A stretch of DNA of 64,000 nucleotides from Thermodesulfobacteriota bacterium (GCA_034716155.1 JAYEFR010000079.1:1444-65443), one strand, 5' to 3'. Counted from the first letter of the stretch, positions 8,835 to 19,372 are shown. Numbers and translations are program-made. Notes: generated by a model from the letters alone, not told the origin.

Positions 8835-11800
8835 CTATCCTTTTGTAGAGATTGACTGCCCTTGTTTGGTCTTTGCTCCCTGATATGGATTATTCATGAC
8901 CTCCCACATGGAAATGGCCTTTTTATAGAATATATTTGCCATGTTATCATCACCCTTTTTCTTCCAGAAAACTCCCCATGAGGCGAGTGTCCACGCAGTA
9001 TTTGGCAACATATTGAATTTTATGGACAGGCATAAAGCCTTTGAGAGATTATCTCTGGCTTTTTCATATAACCCTTGCTCAACACATACATTACCCATAA
9101 GCCTGTATGCCCATATAAGCTGGTCATTGTTTCCATTTTCAAGATTCCACTCTATGCCCTGACCTGCCATAATCCTGGCATAGGAAAAATCACGAGTATG
9201 AAGACATACCTCCCCAAGGGCATTCAGGGCATACGGCAGGCGATTTGCTATCCCTTTTTTTAAGACAGGGATGGCATACTCAAAAAGCTCTCTTGCCTGA
9301 TCAAGATGGCCTTCCTCTTCTAAGATCCATCCTTTATAGAGTGCAATCAAGGCCTCAACGCCTTCTATATGAAAATTCTTGGAAAGCTCTGTAAATCTAT
9401 CCAGCTCAGCCCTTGCTCCTGTTATATCTCCCATATAGCGTGAATAAAAGTATATGGCGCTTTGAATCCTTATATATGATACCCCTCCGGCCAGCGCTCC
9501 CAGCATCTGCTCTGTCTTAGAACACCTGGTAAAGATCTCTTTTGCCTGCCCAGATCTACCCATAAGGTAATAGATGTAGCCCAACCATATATCAGCAAGC
9601 AGCAAGAGGTCTATATCACTCTCGCCACCATACATATCACGAGTCTTTTTGTACCAGAAGAGGGCGCCGGAAATGTCACCTTTCCATACCATGGCAGTAA
9701 GGGTGGTTATATAATTCACACCAAGGAAAAATTTATGATCATCACTAAAAAGAGGTCTTGCTTCACCCAGATATTCAAGTGCTATGTTTGGCTTGCCCAG
9801 GTATGTGTAGGTATAGGCAACTGCAGTCGATGCAGCAGCTCTCATAAGTGGATCTTCTTTTACCAAATCGGAGATACTGTGAAATGTATCGATGGCCTTT
9901 TCAAACAGGCCTTTTTGAGAGTATGTGTTTATCAGCCTTATCCTGGAAAAGGCCTCATTATCTTTGTCTCCCCTTTCCTTATAGCACTCAGCCAATCTTT
10001 CAAGCGCATGGATTGATTTTTCAGGGTTGAATATCCTCGTGCACGCCCAGATACCCTCCCGTACACCTATAAGTTCTTCATCTCTCATAGGATAATCCGT
10101 ATATTCTTTAAGGCATGCTTCGGCTGTCATATAATGATTTGCCGCCTCAAACAGGGACCCGGATGACTGATTTTTCTTAGCTGCCATAATATTATACATA
10201 ATGGCATTGGGTTGGTCCCCGCTAAGCCCAAAGTGATAGGCAATCTTCTCACACATCTCTTCCTTTTCATCGCCAGAGACATCTTCCAGGGCATGGGCTA
10301 CCTTTTTATGGAGAGATTTTCTATCTCGCTTAAGCATGTTCTCATATGCCACATCCCGGGTCAAGGCATGCCTGAAGGCATATTCTCCGCCTCCTTGTTG
10401 GATAATCCTCAGCAGGCCTAACCCTACAAGGGTGTCTAAATGCCCGTCCATTTCCTCTGGGTTGTGTGTAATTTCTCTAAGCAGATCCTTAGAAAAGATC
10501 CTCCCAATCACCGCCCCCTCGTGCAATATCTCTTTGCACCCCTGATCAAGGCCGTCCAACCTGGATGCAATAACGCCTTTTACGGTAAGCGGGATGCCAT
10601 ATGTCTTGATATTAGCGGCAGCGCCCGCCCCTGTCTTAGAATCAATAATAACACCCTTTTCAATAAGGTAGTTGAGAACCTCTTCTAAATAAAACGGATT
10701 CCCTCCTGCTTTTTCATAGATAAAATTTATCACTTCTTTTTTTACGTTCTGTGTCTCCAGCAAGGATCTTATCATATTCCCTGCCTGACCAAGGGAAAGG
10801 TCCTTAAGCTGAATCTCATGGCCGGGAAGAGAAAACCCGGATTCGCCTCGATAGCTCAAGATATAGAGGCAGGGGTATGAACCCTGATCATCTGATAATA
10901 AAAATCTCAAGAGATCTATTGAGGATTGGTCTGCCCATTGAATATCCTCTATACAGATAACAATCGGGTGATGATGCGCAATCTTAGATATCAATAAAAA
11001 GACCGCCTCAAAAAGCCTGGCCTTTAATACCTCAGGCCCTGTATCTTCTATCCTGGTATCAAGCCCACAAAACACTGCCAGATATGGATATATTGCATCG
11101 GTACCTGTAATATCTTTAATCTTCTGTTTTACCAAAGGAAATTTCTTTTGTATTGATATTTTATCCTTTATACCCAACATCTGATTTATCACCTCAGCAA
11201 CAGGTAAGTAAGGGATATCTTTTGCATAATCAAAACACCTTGCATCATACCAGGTAACAGCTCTGCCCACTAAGGACTTTCTGAACTCTTCTATTAACCT
11301 GCTCTTCCCAACCCCTGGATCACCTCGTATACATATAACAGATCCTATACCCTGCTTTAATCCTGCGCTTTTTTCTTTTAGGATAGCAATCTCTTTTTCA
11401 CGGCCAATCATATCAGAAACAAGACCGCCTTCCCTGTGGATAGCAAGAGGGGTCACTCTTTCGGATATAACCTTGTATACATGAAGGGCATCCTTAATCC
11501 CTTTTACACGCCTCATCCCTATGTCCCCCAGATCAAAATATCTCTTTGCCTCAGGAAAAAGGCTTTCTCCTATCAGGATCTCTCCCGGAGGAGCTATCTG
11601 GGATAATCTGGAGGCTATATTGATGGGGGTCCCAAGCGCCCCCTGAGAGAAAGAACTTGAGCCTGCCTCTTCTATAAGTACTACGCCTGCATTGATACCG
11701 GTATGCATCCTTAAAGGTATATTATAAGTCCGTTCAATATCTTCACTCATGAGATCGACACCCTTATGAATTTCCAAGGCCACACGTATCGCACGGACAG

Positions 11801-12119
11801 GATTATCCTCATGCATCCTGTATACGCCAAATAAGGCAACAACCGCATCTCCGATAAATTTTTCTACTATACCTCCGTACCTAGCTATTATCTCGCTTGC
11901 CCTTCCAAAGATCTTGTACATGATATCTTTGAGTTCCTCAGGGTCTACCACCTCAGACATGGCGGTATATCCTGAAAGATCTGAGAAAAGTACGGTTATA
12001 AACTTATGTTCCCCTACTCTTTCTTGCTTTATCAGGTTATACCCGCACTGTCTGCAAAATCTGTCAGCAGGATCGGTCTTTGCAGCACATATTGGACATG
12101 TCAGTATCTTATTTGACAA
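8835..12119 (-). CDS. Zinc-ribbon / class III adenylate-guanylate cyclase / AAA(STAND) ATPase / TPR multidomain signalling protein
   Basis: 1094 aa. N-terminal CPIC...CRQCG ribbon. Cyclase homology domain (CHD) with FSDLSGYT...FIGDAV. P-loop GDPGVGKS. C-terminal TPR-like helical repeats. Confidence 0.8.
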   Translation of the reverse strand: MSNKILTCPICAAKTDPADRFCRQCGYNLIKQERVGEHKFITVLFSDLSGYTAMSEVVDPEELKDIMYKIFGRASEIIARYGGIVEKFIGDAVVALFGVYRMHEDNPVRAIRVALEIHKGVDLMSEDIERTYNIPLRMHTGINAGVVLIEEAGSSSFSQGALGTPINIASRLSQIAPPGEILIGESLFPEAKRYFDLGDIGMRRVKGIKDALHVYKVISERVTPLAIHREGGLVSDMIGREKEIAILKEKSAGLKQGIGSVICIRGDPGVGKSRLIEEFRKSLVGRAVTWYDARCFDYAKDIPYLPVAEVINQMLGIKDKISIQKKFPLVKQKIKDITGTDAIYPYLAVFCGLDTRIEDTGPEVLKARLFEAVFLLISKIAHHHPIVICIEDIQWADQSSIDLLRFLLSDDQGSYPCLYILSYRGESGFSLPGHEIQLKDLSLGQAGNMIRSLLETQNVKKEVINFIYEKAGGNPFYLEEVLNYLIEKGVIIDSKTGAGAAANIKTYGIPLTVKGVIASRLDGLDQGCKEILHEGAVIGRIFSKDLLREITHNPEEMDGHLDTLVGLGLLRIIQQGGGEYAFRHALTRDVAYENMLKRDRKSLHKKVAHALEDVSGDEKEEMCEKIAYHFGLSGDQPNAIMYNIMAAKKNQSSGSLFEAANHYMTAEACLKEYTDYPMRDEELIGVREGIWACTRIFNPEKSIHALERLAECYKERGDKDNEAFSRIRLINTYSQKGLFEKAIDTFHSISDLVKEDPLMRAAASTAVAYTYTYLGKPNIALEYLGEARPLFSDDHKFFLGVNYITTLTAMVWKGDISGALFWYKKTRDMYGGESDIDLLLLADIWLGYIYYLMGRSGQAKEIFTRCSKTEQMLGALAGGVSYIRIQSAIYFYSRYMGDITGARAELDRFTELSKNFHIEGVEALIALYKGWILEEEGHLDQARELFEYAIPVLKKGIANRLPYALNALGEVCLHTRDFSYARIMAGQGIEWNLENGNNDQLIWAYRLMGNVCVEQGLYEKARDNLSKALCLSIKFNMLPNTAWTLASWGVFWKKKGDDNMANIFYKKAISMWEVMNNPYQGAKTKQGQSISTKG

Positions 12120-12194
12120 TTAATAACCCCCGAGGAGTCTTTATCAATTAAGGATAAGAGGCAAAAGGTTGCTGTCAACTTTATTTATAGTTCT

Positions 12195-13379
12195 TTAACC
12201 GGATTTTCCTTTTCCCTGGATGCTCCCTGCTAGCGATCTGTCTACCAGCGCCTTATTATAGGCGGCAAAGATGTCCGCCCTTGAGAGTAGCCCTATTATC
12301 TTCCTTGGATCATTCCTGTCAACTACCATAAGCTGTCTTTTCCCCTTAAATCCCATCTTCTTTAAGGCGTCATCCAGATTTTCATCTTGAGTAATAGTAA
12401 TAACATCAGATACCGAAAGATCCTTTGCTACCACCAAATCTCTTAAGCTTTCCTCAAAAATGATCTCTTTAAAATCCTGGAAAGTTACAATTCCAGTAAG
12501 CGATCCTTCTCTATCAACAACAGGAAAACAAGAGTGTCTGCTTGAAAGGGTGAATTCCAGCAATCTCCTGAGAGGCATATCCCCAGGTATGGTCTCCACT
12601 TTACTTATCATGGTATCCCTTACTAAGAGGGATTTCATGATATTCACTTCTTTACCGGACTGTATGTTTACTCCCCTTCTTATAAGCTTTAATGTATAAA
12701 TGGACCCATGTTTAATATGCATGGCTATAACACTGCTTATAATGCAGGAAAGCATCAGAGGAAGAATAATCTTATAATCCCCTGTCATTTCAAATAGAAT
12801 AAGTATGGCACTAAACGGGCCATGCATGGCCCCTGCAATCGGGGCGTTAAACGTAGCTGCAATCCCGGCTGCAGCACCACAGCCGACAAGTGTCCTCATC
12901 CTTTCTGCCGAGACCCCTACAATCTGTCCGAAGGCGGATCCGATCGCGGACCCTATTTGAACGATAGGCCCCTCTCTGCCTGCCGACCCTCCTGAGCCTA
13001 TGCAGATCGCCGACGCAAGAGGTTTTATTAAAACAATCCTTTTTCTGACTATACCTCCCTTTAGTGCGACCGCTTCCATAACTTCAGGCACGCCATGACC
13101 TTTTGCTTCTCTCGCAAAAAAGTAGACAATCGGGCCGACAAGCGCTCCGCCAATAATGGGCGGGATAAGTTTCATGTACCATGGAAGGCTCAGTAGAAGC
13201 TCAAGAAAACTCCCCTTATCACTCCCGAAAAAGATTGTCTGAAAGAGCTTGATCAGCAGCCTGAACCCAACGGCCCCATACCCTCCCAGGATACCGACAA
13301 TAACTGCCATGAGAATCATCACGGCATATTCGTTTGCTTTGAATCTGGAGATCAAATCTGTTTTTGCAAAATTTCCCAT
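12195..13379 (-). CDS. ClC family chloride channel / H+-Cl- antiporter with C-terminal CBS pair
   Basis: GSGGSAGREGP and GxFxP-like selectivity motifs. Two CBS-like segments at the C-terminus. Confidence 0.85.
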   Translation of the reverse strand: MGNFAKTDLISRFKANEYAVMILMAVIVGILGGYGAVGFRLLIKLFQTIFFGSDKGSFLELLLSLPWYMKLIPPIIGGALVGPIVYFFAREAKGHGVPEVMEAVALKGGIVRKRIVLIKPLASAICIGSGGSAGREGPIVQIGSAIGSAFGQIVGVSAERMRTLVGCGAAAGIAATFNAPIAGAMHGPFSAILILFEMTGDYKIILPLMLSCIISSVIAMHIKHGSIYTLKLIRRGVNIQSGKEVNIMKSLLVRDTMISKVETIPGDMPLRRLLEFTLSSRHSCFPVVDREGSLTGIVTFQDFKEIIFEESLRDLVVAKDLSVSDVITITQDENLDDALKKMGFKGKRQLMVVDRNDPRKIIGLLSRADIFAAYNKALVDRSLAGSIQGKGKSG

Positions 13380-13490
13380 AATCTTTTTTTACCAAATGTT
13401 GTGCTAAGTAATGCAGATGTACTACATTTCGTGCCTAAATTTCCTTTTCCTCTCAATCGGTTCAGAGGATTCTTATTGCTTCTTCCTTTG

Positions 13491-14060
13491 TCAGTCCGTT
13501 GCCTCATTCAATGTATTAATCATTTCTTTAACAAAGGGGCCATCACTGCGCCATACCCAGCACGTGTCTATAAGATATCTGGCATCCGGAGCGTTTTTAA
13601 TCATCTCTCTAACAGAGGTGACGGTATTTGCCCTGTGGGTCCAATATCCCTGGATCACGGCAGGGGCCATTGCAAGGAGAAGACTATTTAAATGTGTGCA
13701 CCCCTTAGGCCCTCCGAATGTCTCCTTCACCCAGACAGTAAAACCCGGGGCTATATTATGCCCTACAAGCGGCATTAAACTCTTCCTTGTCTCCCGGCAG
13801 ACCTCTTTGGGGACATTATTCATCTCCACCTCAACATCTTCGATCCTGAAGGCTATTCCCTTTACAAGGAGCCTTATGGTTAGATTATGTATAACCCCCG
13901 GGGGTATCATTTCCCCTGAGGTCAGGGAATAAGTAGACTTAAACCTGTCATCTTTTAAGGTCCCTTCTACCATTACCGTATCCTCATCTACTGCATATGT
14001 GGCAATGGTTATATTTCTTGTATGTACGTGATTTTTCTTTAAAACCTTAAGACCTCCCAT
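13491..14060 (-). CDS. Hypothetical protein (DUF2889-like)
   Basis: 189-aa ORF with protein-like composition. It overlaps a 173-aa ORF on the opposite strand, so the strand choice is by composition only. Confidence 0.4.
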   Translation of the reverse strand: MGGLKVLKKNHVHTRNITIATYAVDEDTVMVEGTLKDDRFKSTYSLTSGEMIPPGVIHNLTIRLLVKGIAFRIEDVEVEMNNVPKEVCRETRKSLMPLVGHNIAPGFTVWVKETFGGPKGCTHLNSLLLAMAPAVIQGYWTHRANTVTSVREMIKNAPDARYLIDTCWVWRSDGPFVKEMINTLNEATD

Positions 14061-14093
14061 TTGGATATACTCCTTTATCTGATTTATAATTCA

Positions 14094-15005
14094 TTATACA
14101 GCGTGATTAGTGATTGCATCTATCACCTGCGCCCATAAAGCCGGGGGCAAGGCATGGCCCATACCTTTAATGATGAGCAATCTTGCCCCGGGGATGATAT
14201 TGGCTGTATCTATCCCGCATTCGACAGGGAGAAGCGGGTCAACATCTCCGTGAATAACCAGGGTAGGCACGGCAATAGATTTAAGCTCCTTCTTCCTGCT
14301 GCCGGATGCAATAATGGCGGCATACTGGCGAGCAATACCAGAGGGATTAATACCCCGGTTGTAAGATTGCTCAGCCCACTTCAGTGTGTAGGCATCATCA
14401 ATTGGAAATTCAGGGCCACTGAGCACCCGCCAGTCATCGACAAAGCGTTCAATAAAGCCTTGCCGGTCTGCAGGAAGTGGCATGAACAGAACAGGCATTG
14501 CCTCCTCATTCGGAGGTGGAAGCCCTGGATCACCTGTTGAGGACATTATAGACGTTAAGGTGCATACACGCTTAGGGTAGTGTATGGCCATCATCTGGCC
14601 AATCATGCCTCCCATCGAGATGCCTGCAACATGCGCGCAATCTATTCCTAAGGCATCGAGCAACCCTACTGTATCATCCGCCATATCACGCAGTGTATAT
14701 GGAACATCCGGGGCCTCCCCCTTCGCCTGCGCATCGATAAGGGAGCGGAAATTCGGAACTCCTGCTGCATCGAATTTCGTTGATAAACCTATGTCTCTAT
14801 TATCAAACCGGATCACAAAGTAACCTTTAGCAGCAAGCCTCGTACAAAATTCTTCATCCCAGACAACCATTTGAGAACTGAGACCGGTGATAAGCAGCAA
14901 AGGCGGCGCCAAAGAATCTCCAAAGGTATCATGGGCAATCTCTATGCCATTTGCCTTCACAATGGCCGACTCTGCGTGCATAGCATTTTCCATTATAGCC
15001 CTCAT
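14094..15005 (-). CDS. alpha/beta-fold hydrolase
   Basis: Nucleophile elbow GISMGG. Confidence 0.75.
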   Translation of the reverse strand: MRAIMENAMHAESAIVKANGIEIAHDTFGDSLAPPLLLITGLSSQMVVWDEEFCTRLAAKGYFVIRFDNRDIGLSTKFDAAGVPNFRSLIDAQAKGEAPDVPYTLRDMADDTVGLLDALGIDCAHVAGISMGGMIGQMMAIHYPKRVCTLTSIMSSTGDPGLPPPNEEAMPVLFMPLPADRQGFIERFVDDWRVLSGPEFPIDDAYTLKWAEQSYNRGINPSGIARQYAAIIASGSRKKELKSIAVPTLVIHGDVDPLLPVECGIDTANIIPGARLLIIKGMGHALPPALWAQVIDAITNHAV

Positions 15006-15069
15006 ATTAAAGATATAATCCTTGAATTCTTAAATCCTGATAGAAATACAGCCTGCCCATTTATTATCT

Positions 15070-15669
15070 TTAGGCCGGATTTCCTTTCAACCCTATTGCA
15101 TCTGCTACTTCCCGCATCCCCATTATTGTATCTTCAATGAGTTCTTCAAGCTCAACCCCCAGCATATCGGCGCCCTTCTGGATGATTGATCGGTTCACTC
15201 CGGCGGCAAAAGCAGGTGACTTCCACTTTTTCTTTACAGACTTGACTTTCATATCCATCACACTCTTCGAGGGGCGAACCATGGCGTTGGCAGCAACAAG
15301 GCCTGTTAATTCATCAATGGCATAAAGTGTCTTTTCCATGGTGCTCTTGGGCTCTACATCCGAGCATATTCCCCATCCATGAGAGATGGCGGCGCGGATA
15401 TATTCCTTTGGCCAGTTATGTTCATCGAGGATCTCTCTTGTCTTGGCGCAGTGCTGATCGGGAAACTTCTCATAATCAAGATCATGAATAAGGCCGACAA
15501 TCCCCCACTTTTCCTCATCTTCACCACGCTTTCTCGCAATATAGCGCATAACTCCCTCTACGGTATATGCATGTTTACGCAGGCTATCGCCCTTTGTATA
15601 TTCATGAAGAATCTCTAACGCCTCCTCGCGGCTCGGTACCTTTTCCTCCATTGCCACTCCCCTTTCCAA
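15070..15669 (-). CDS. HD-domain phosphohydrolase
   Basis: H...HDLDY metal-binding motif. Confidence 0.7.
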   Translation of the reverse strand: MERGVAMEEKVPSREEALEILHEYTKGDSLRKHAYTVEGVMRYIARKRGEDEEKWGIVGLIHDLDYEKFPDQHCAKTREILDEHNWPKEYIRAAISHGWGICSDVEPKSTMEKTLYAIDELTGLVAANAMVRPSKSVMDMKVKSVKKKWKSPAFAAGVNRSIIQKGADMLGVELEELIEDTIMGMREVADAIGLKGNPA

Positions 15670-15772
15670 ACTTTTTCTAAAAGTATCACTTTTTTAAGAA
15701 AGAAGGCAAATTTTTAATGCAACTCTCCAATCCTTGCGCATTACTGTTGATACGATCTTTTAGATGGTTTGT

Positions 15773-17896
15773 TTAATGCAGTATCTTGGTTCCCAAATAA
15801 CACAAGGACGTCCCATCCAAAGAGGCTATATCTTCCATTACAATCTGCGAGAGCCAATTTGCATATCCGATCCGTGTGTTTGCAAGGTTTATAACCGGGC
15901 CAAAGACCCTGCCGGAAAGTACCGCCTTGCCGGATATATATTCTCCTGTAATAGCATCTATTATTGTAAGCGTTGATCTGTTAGTATCTATGCCGCCACA
16001 TGGGGCCTCTTCTTCCCATGCGGTAATATAAACCTTGGAGTCCATCACAATTGCTTGCGTGCAAGGAATACTTACAGCATGAGACCAGAGCACTGAATCT
16101 TGTCTGGCCCCTATTACAAACCCATCTGTAAGGGCTACTATATACAGCTGCTTTCCTGTATGAAATGAATGCAACCCTTTAATCCCTTCTCCTGAATTTG
16201 TAGTAATCATCCTTATCAGCTCAAGATCCTGGCTAAAGATATAGATGTCGCCTGAGGCCGTTCCGACAAGGACGATGCCATAACAGGGATCATAACTAAT
16301 GGTTGTTATGGGATTCATTAAAGTAAACAACCCCTGCTCTCTACCTGTGGATATATCCAGTAAACTTATGTCTGTGCCCTTCGCTACATACACTGATGAT
16401 TCTGATGTGTCCATGCATGAGCCCTTATATGCCCATAATATGGTCGGCTCTGCATTTATTCCATAGATATCCCCTTTTGTGTTCGGGCCCACAACGATAC
16501 TATTATTCCTTGCTACAATCTTTCCGCCAGGGCCTTTTATCGCCCATTTAAGTCTTTTATCAGGCAAACTAATCGCCATAATGTAATCCTGCGATGTAGA
16601 ACAGTATAAGATATCGCCTTTTTGATACATTGAGTTTGCAATGCCCTTTATATAGTGCTTAGCGCAAAGGCAGAGCTTTAAAGACTCACAAACGTCGTAA
16701 TATATGGCATCCTCATACTCAAGCCACGTGGGATCAAATCTGGCATTTCTATTGGTTAAAAACAAAATTGAGTCATCCTGCATAACCGGCATCTGGCATA
16801 TAAATTTATCTTCAGGTAAGAATACGGATGCCCCAGGCATGTATTCTCCTCCACCTTTTTCTGCCACGTCTTTTAAAAACTCTACCTTTGTACCAGGCCC
16901 TGTCACATGAATCCTTATCCCTAAGCTGAATGCATATGCCGCTACATCATCCAGGCATTTAGATCCCATCCCCTTTATGTATCTGTCCATTGTATCATAA
17001 TCCCTGTCAAAGTCCTGAATATCCTTTGGAAGATTGCCATCACATATACTCTCTCCATCTGTAACAATGAGTATATGTTTGTCTGTAATGCATTTATCGG
17101 GAAATTCGTTTATCACAGCAAACAGAGCCTCTGCCAGCGGAGAGGAGGAATGTGTCGGATGTATATTATCGATAGTTGTATACAGTTCTTCTGTTTCTTC
17201 AGTAAAGGGCAAGATGATACCTTTAGATGTCGTAGCAATAGCTACATGTATCATGCCAAATTCATCTATCAATCCGGTGACACCTGAATATACCTTTGTC
17301 CATCTGGGCATAGTGCTGTTAAAATATTTATTAAACGGGGCGGCAAAATATGAATTTCCATAGTCGCCTTTGAAATAGGTGCCTTCTGTCCTTTCTACCA
17401 CTGTGCTCACTTCAAAATCAGTGGATACCTTGATGATCTCCCCTGCAGGACGTTTTAGATATGCACTGTTTGTGTCAAAATCTTCCCTGCATGCCCAATT
17501 CATGCTCTCTGAGTCATCTATCAGTATGATAAGGTATGGCCTGCTACAGGATAGAGATGGCTTGCTGACGGTCTGATAGGGTTGTTCCCTTAACTTTACA
17601 CGCCAGTATAAAGACCTTATACAAGGATTATCACCCATATCTTTCCGGCTTATCTGTGTGAGAAAATATTTATGATCCCATCCCTGTGGCGTATCCAGGG
17701 TCATATTCAGATATTGGGACGATTCACCTGGATACGTGGCCTCGTGGATCTCTTTTGTGATTGTGTAATATGCGCTGCTTGCCTTTGTCTTGGAGATTAT
17801 CAGCGTGGCCACAGCCATGGCAGATGCCTGTATAATAAGGATAAAGAGCATTGCATAGACAAGCACCCACCCCTTACTATTGGAGCCTGTACTCAT
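15773..17896 (-). CDS. PilY1-like type IV pilus tip-associated protein (N-terminal hydrophobic pseudopilin-like segment, vWA domain, C-terminal beta-propeller)
   Basis: 707 aa. MIDAS-like LIILIDDSESMN and ILIVTDGES. C-terminal repeated beta-strand (PQQ/WD-like) blocks. Overlaps the upstream pilin-like gene by 20 nt. Confidence 0.55.
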   Translation of the reverse strand: MSTGSNSKGWVLVYAMLFILIIQASAMAVATLIISKTKASSAYYTITKEIHEATYPGESSQYLNMTLDTPQGWDHKYFLTQISRKDMGDNPCIRSLYWRVKLREQPYQTVSKPSLSCSRPYLIILIDDSESMNWACREDFDTNSAYLKRPAGEIIKVSTDFEVSTVVERTEGTYFKGDYGNSYFAAPFNKYFNSTMPRWTKVYSGVTGLIDEFGMIHVAIATTSKGIILPFTEETEELYTTIDNIHPTHSSSPLAEALFAVINEFPDKCITDKHILIVTDGESICDGNLPKDIQDFDRDYDTMDRYIKGMGSKCLDDVAAYAFSLGIRIHVTGPGTKVEFLKDVAEKGGGEYMPGASVFLPEDKFICQMPVMQDDSILFLTNRNARFDPTWLEYEDAIYYDVCESLKLCLCAKHYIKGIANSMYQKGDILYCSTSQDYIMAISLPDKRLKWAIKGPGGKIVARNNSIVVGPNTKGDIYGINAEPTILWAYKGSCMDTSESSVYVAKGTDISLLDISTGREQGLFTLMNPITTISYDPCYGIVLVGTASGDIYIFSQDLELIRMITTNSGEGIKGLHSFHTGKQLYIVALTDGFVIGARQDSVLWSHAVSIPCTQAIVMDSKVYITAWEEEAPCGGIDTNRSTLTIIDAITGEYISGKAVLSGRVFGPVINLANTRIGYANWLSQIVMEDIASLDGTSLCYLGTKILH

Positions 17897-18563
17897 AAAA
17901 GATCTCCTTTACCGTATCATTCAAAGACGCCTTTAAATAGATCCCAAGGCCTTCTGAGTCGGATTTGGCATCAAATCCTGTTATGGCCTCTGCCAGCAGT
18001 TGCCCGTTTCTATAAAGCCCATCGGATTTAAGCTCGTAGTGTATGGCAGGTATGACCCTCTCCCCAATACCGGCGGCAACTTTAGATGTGAGTGGAAGCG
18101 TTGGATTTCCCCTCGAATACTGATGAGAAATCACATACGGACCGCTGTCTGTAATGATGCCAAGATCCGCCCAGAAATCAGGGATTGAATTATTGTCGAT
18201 ATCAATAGTGTCAAGCCCAAGATATGAACCTTCTGATTTAACTATTATCGAAAGGTAGGGGGGTGACATATCCGTGTTCAGCTTCAACCCGGAATGCCTG
18301 GATGTATAGGGGAGCCCGGCAATAAATAACCGGTTTTTCTCTATAGATATCTTCATATCCCGGGGCATAAGATAGGCACACTGCATAAGATCTGAATTTA
18401 ACTTCAGGGCGCTATTTCTTATCGAGGCCATGCAAAAAGAGCTTTCTTTTGTCTGTGCAGATGTCTTCGCAGATACCAGATTAATGCTATAAAGCCCAAG
18501 TATAAGTATCGAAGCAATAGCCATGGATATTAAGAGCTCTATTAATGTTACACCTTTGTTCAT
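17877..18563 (-). CDS. Prepilin-type N-terminal cleavage/methylation domain protein (minor pilin, PilW/PilX-like)
   Basis: MNKG|VTLIELLISMAIASILILG class III signal sequence. Confidence 0.65.
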   Translation of the reverse strand: MNKGVTLIELLISMAIASILILGLYSINLVSAKTSAQTKESSFCMASIRNSALKLNSDLMQCAYLMPRDMKISIEKNRLFIAGLPYTSRHSGLKLNTDMSPPYLSIIVKSEGSYLGLDTIDIDNNSIPDFWADLGIITDSGPYVISHQYSRGNPTLPLTSKVAAGIGERVIPAIHYELKSDGLYRNGQLLAEAITGFDAKSDSEGLGIYLKASLNDTVKEIFYEYRLQ

Positions 18564-18692
18564 TCAAAGACCAATCACCCTTTATTGTTGCAAAAAGCCC
18601 TTGATGAACTATCCTCTTACTTAAGATTAATGTGATTTTTGTTATAGTCAAGAGGGAGACGGCATTTAAATTATAAATACTCATTATTGATG

Positions 18693-18866
18693 CACTCGTA
18701 AAAAGTCGGATTTAGTTAATATGTCATTTCGAATATCAGGGAGATTGCTTGTATTTTCATCATGTTACATCGGAAAGATTTCTCACATTCGTTCGAAATG
18801 ACACATTAAGCAAGTTACTTTCCATTATGATGCCAACGTGTCGGCATAGTGGAGCTTTTTACGAGT
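18693..18866. repeat. Nested perfect inverted repeats: outer 12-nt arms ACTCGTAAAAAG/CTTTTTACGAGT, inner 12-nt arms TGTCATTTCGAA/TTCGAAATGACA
   Basis: Outer arms at 18694-18705 and 18855-18866. Inner arms at 18722-18733 and 18792-18803. Lies inside an 810-nt ORF-free region. Confidence 0.6.
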
Positions 18867-19372
18867 TTATCATTATCCACTACAGGTAAAAAAAGGATAA
18901 GTAAAATAGGGGTCGTAAAAAATAGGGGTCAAATCTTCGTTTGACTCTTGCTAAATAAATTGGGTGGGCCCGTCCACGAAATTATAAAATTCATCTTAAA
19001 CATAAGGGTAATGAAGGGGATGCCGCTGGGGGAAAGCGGGTCAAGTCTACGGTTGACCTTTGTTAGACAATCGTAAATATTCAAACGTAGACTTGATAAC
19101 CGTATAAAAGGTTTCACAAATTCATCGCAAAAGACGTTGTAGGAAACCAGGGGATGTCCGTGAAATATGGACATTTAAGCACTAAACCTTTCAGAACAGA
19201 TATGGCGCTCATATCAAAAGTCATAATTTCATGGACATCCCCTAAATGTTTTGAATCCGGGCTTTTTCAGGGCTCTGTTGCCTACCCCCTGTCTGATAGA
19301 AAACATTGGTGATAGACATATCTCTTTGATATTGGTATTATTTTTTTAAGGATAGCCGATATAGGAGAAAAT

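Noticed and set aside
13411-13932. 173-aa plus-strand ORF overlapping the 189-aa minus-strand ORF.
   Set aside because: The plus-strand translation is Leu/Ser/Cys-rich low-complexity. The minus-strand product has globular-protein composition and sits in a co-directional gene run.
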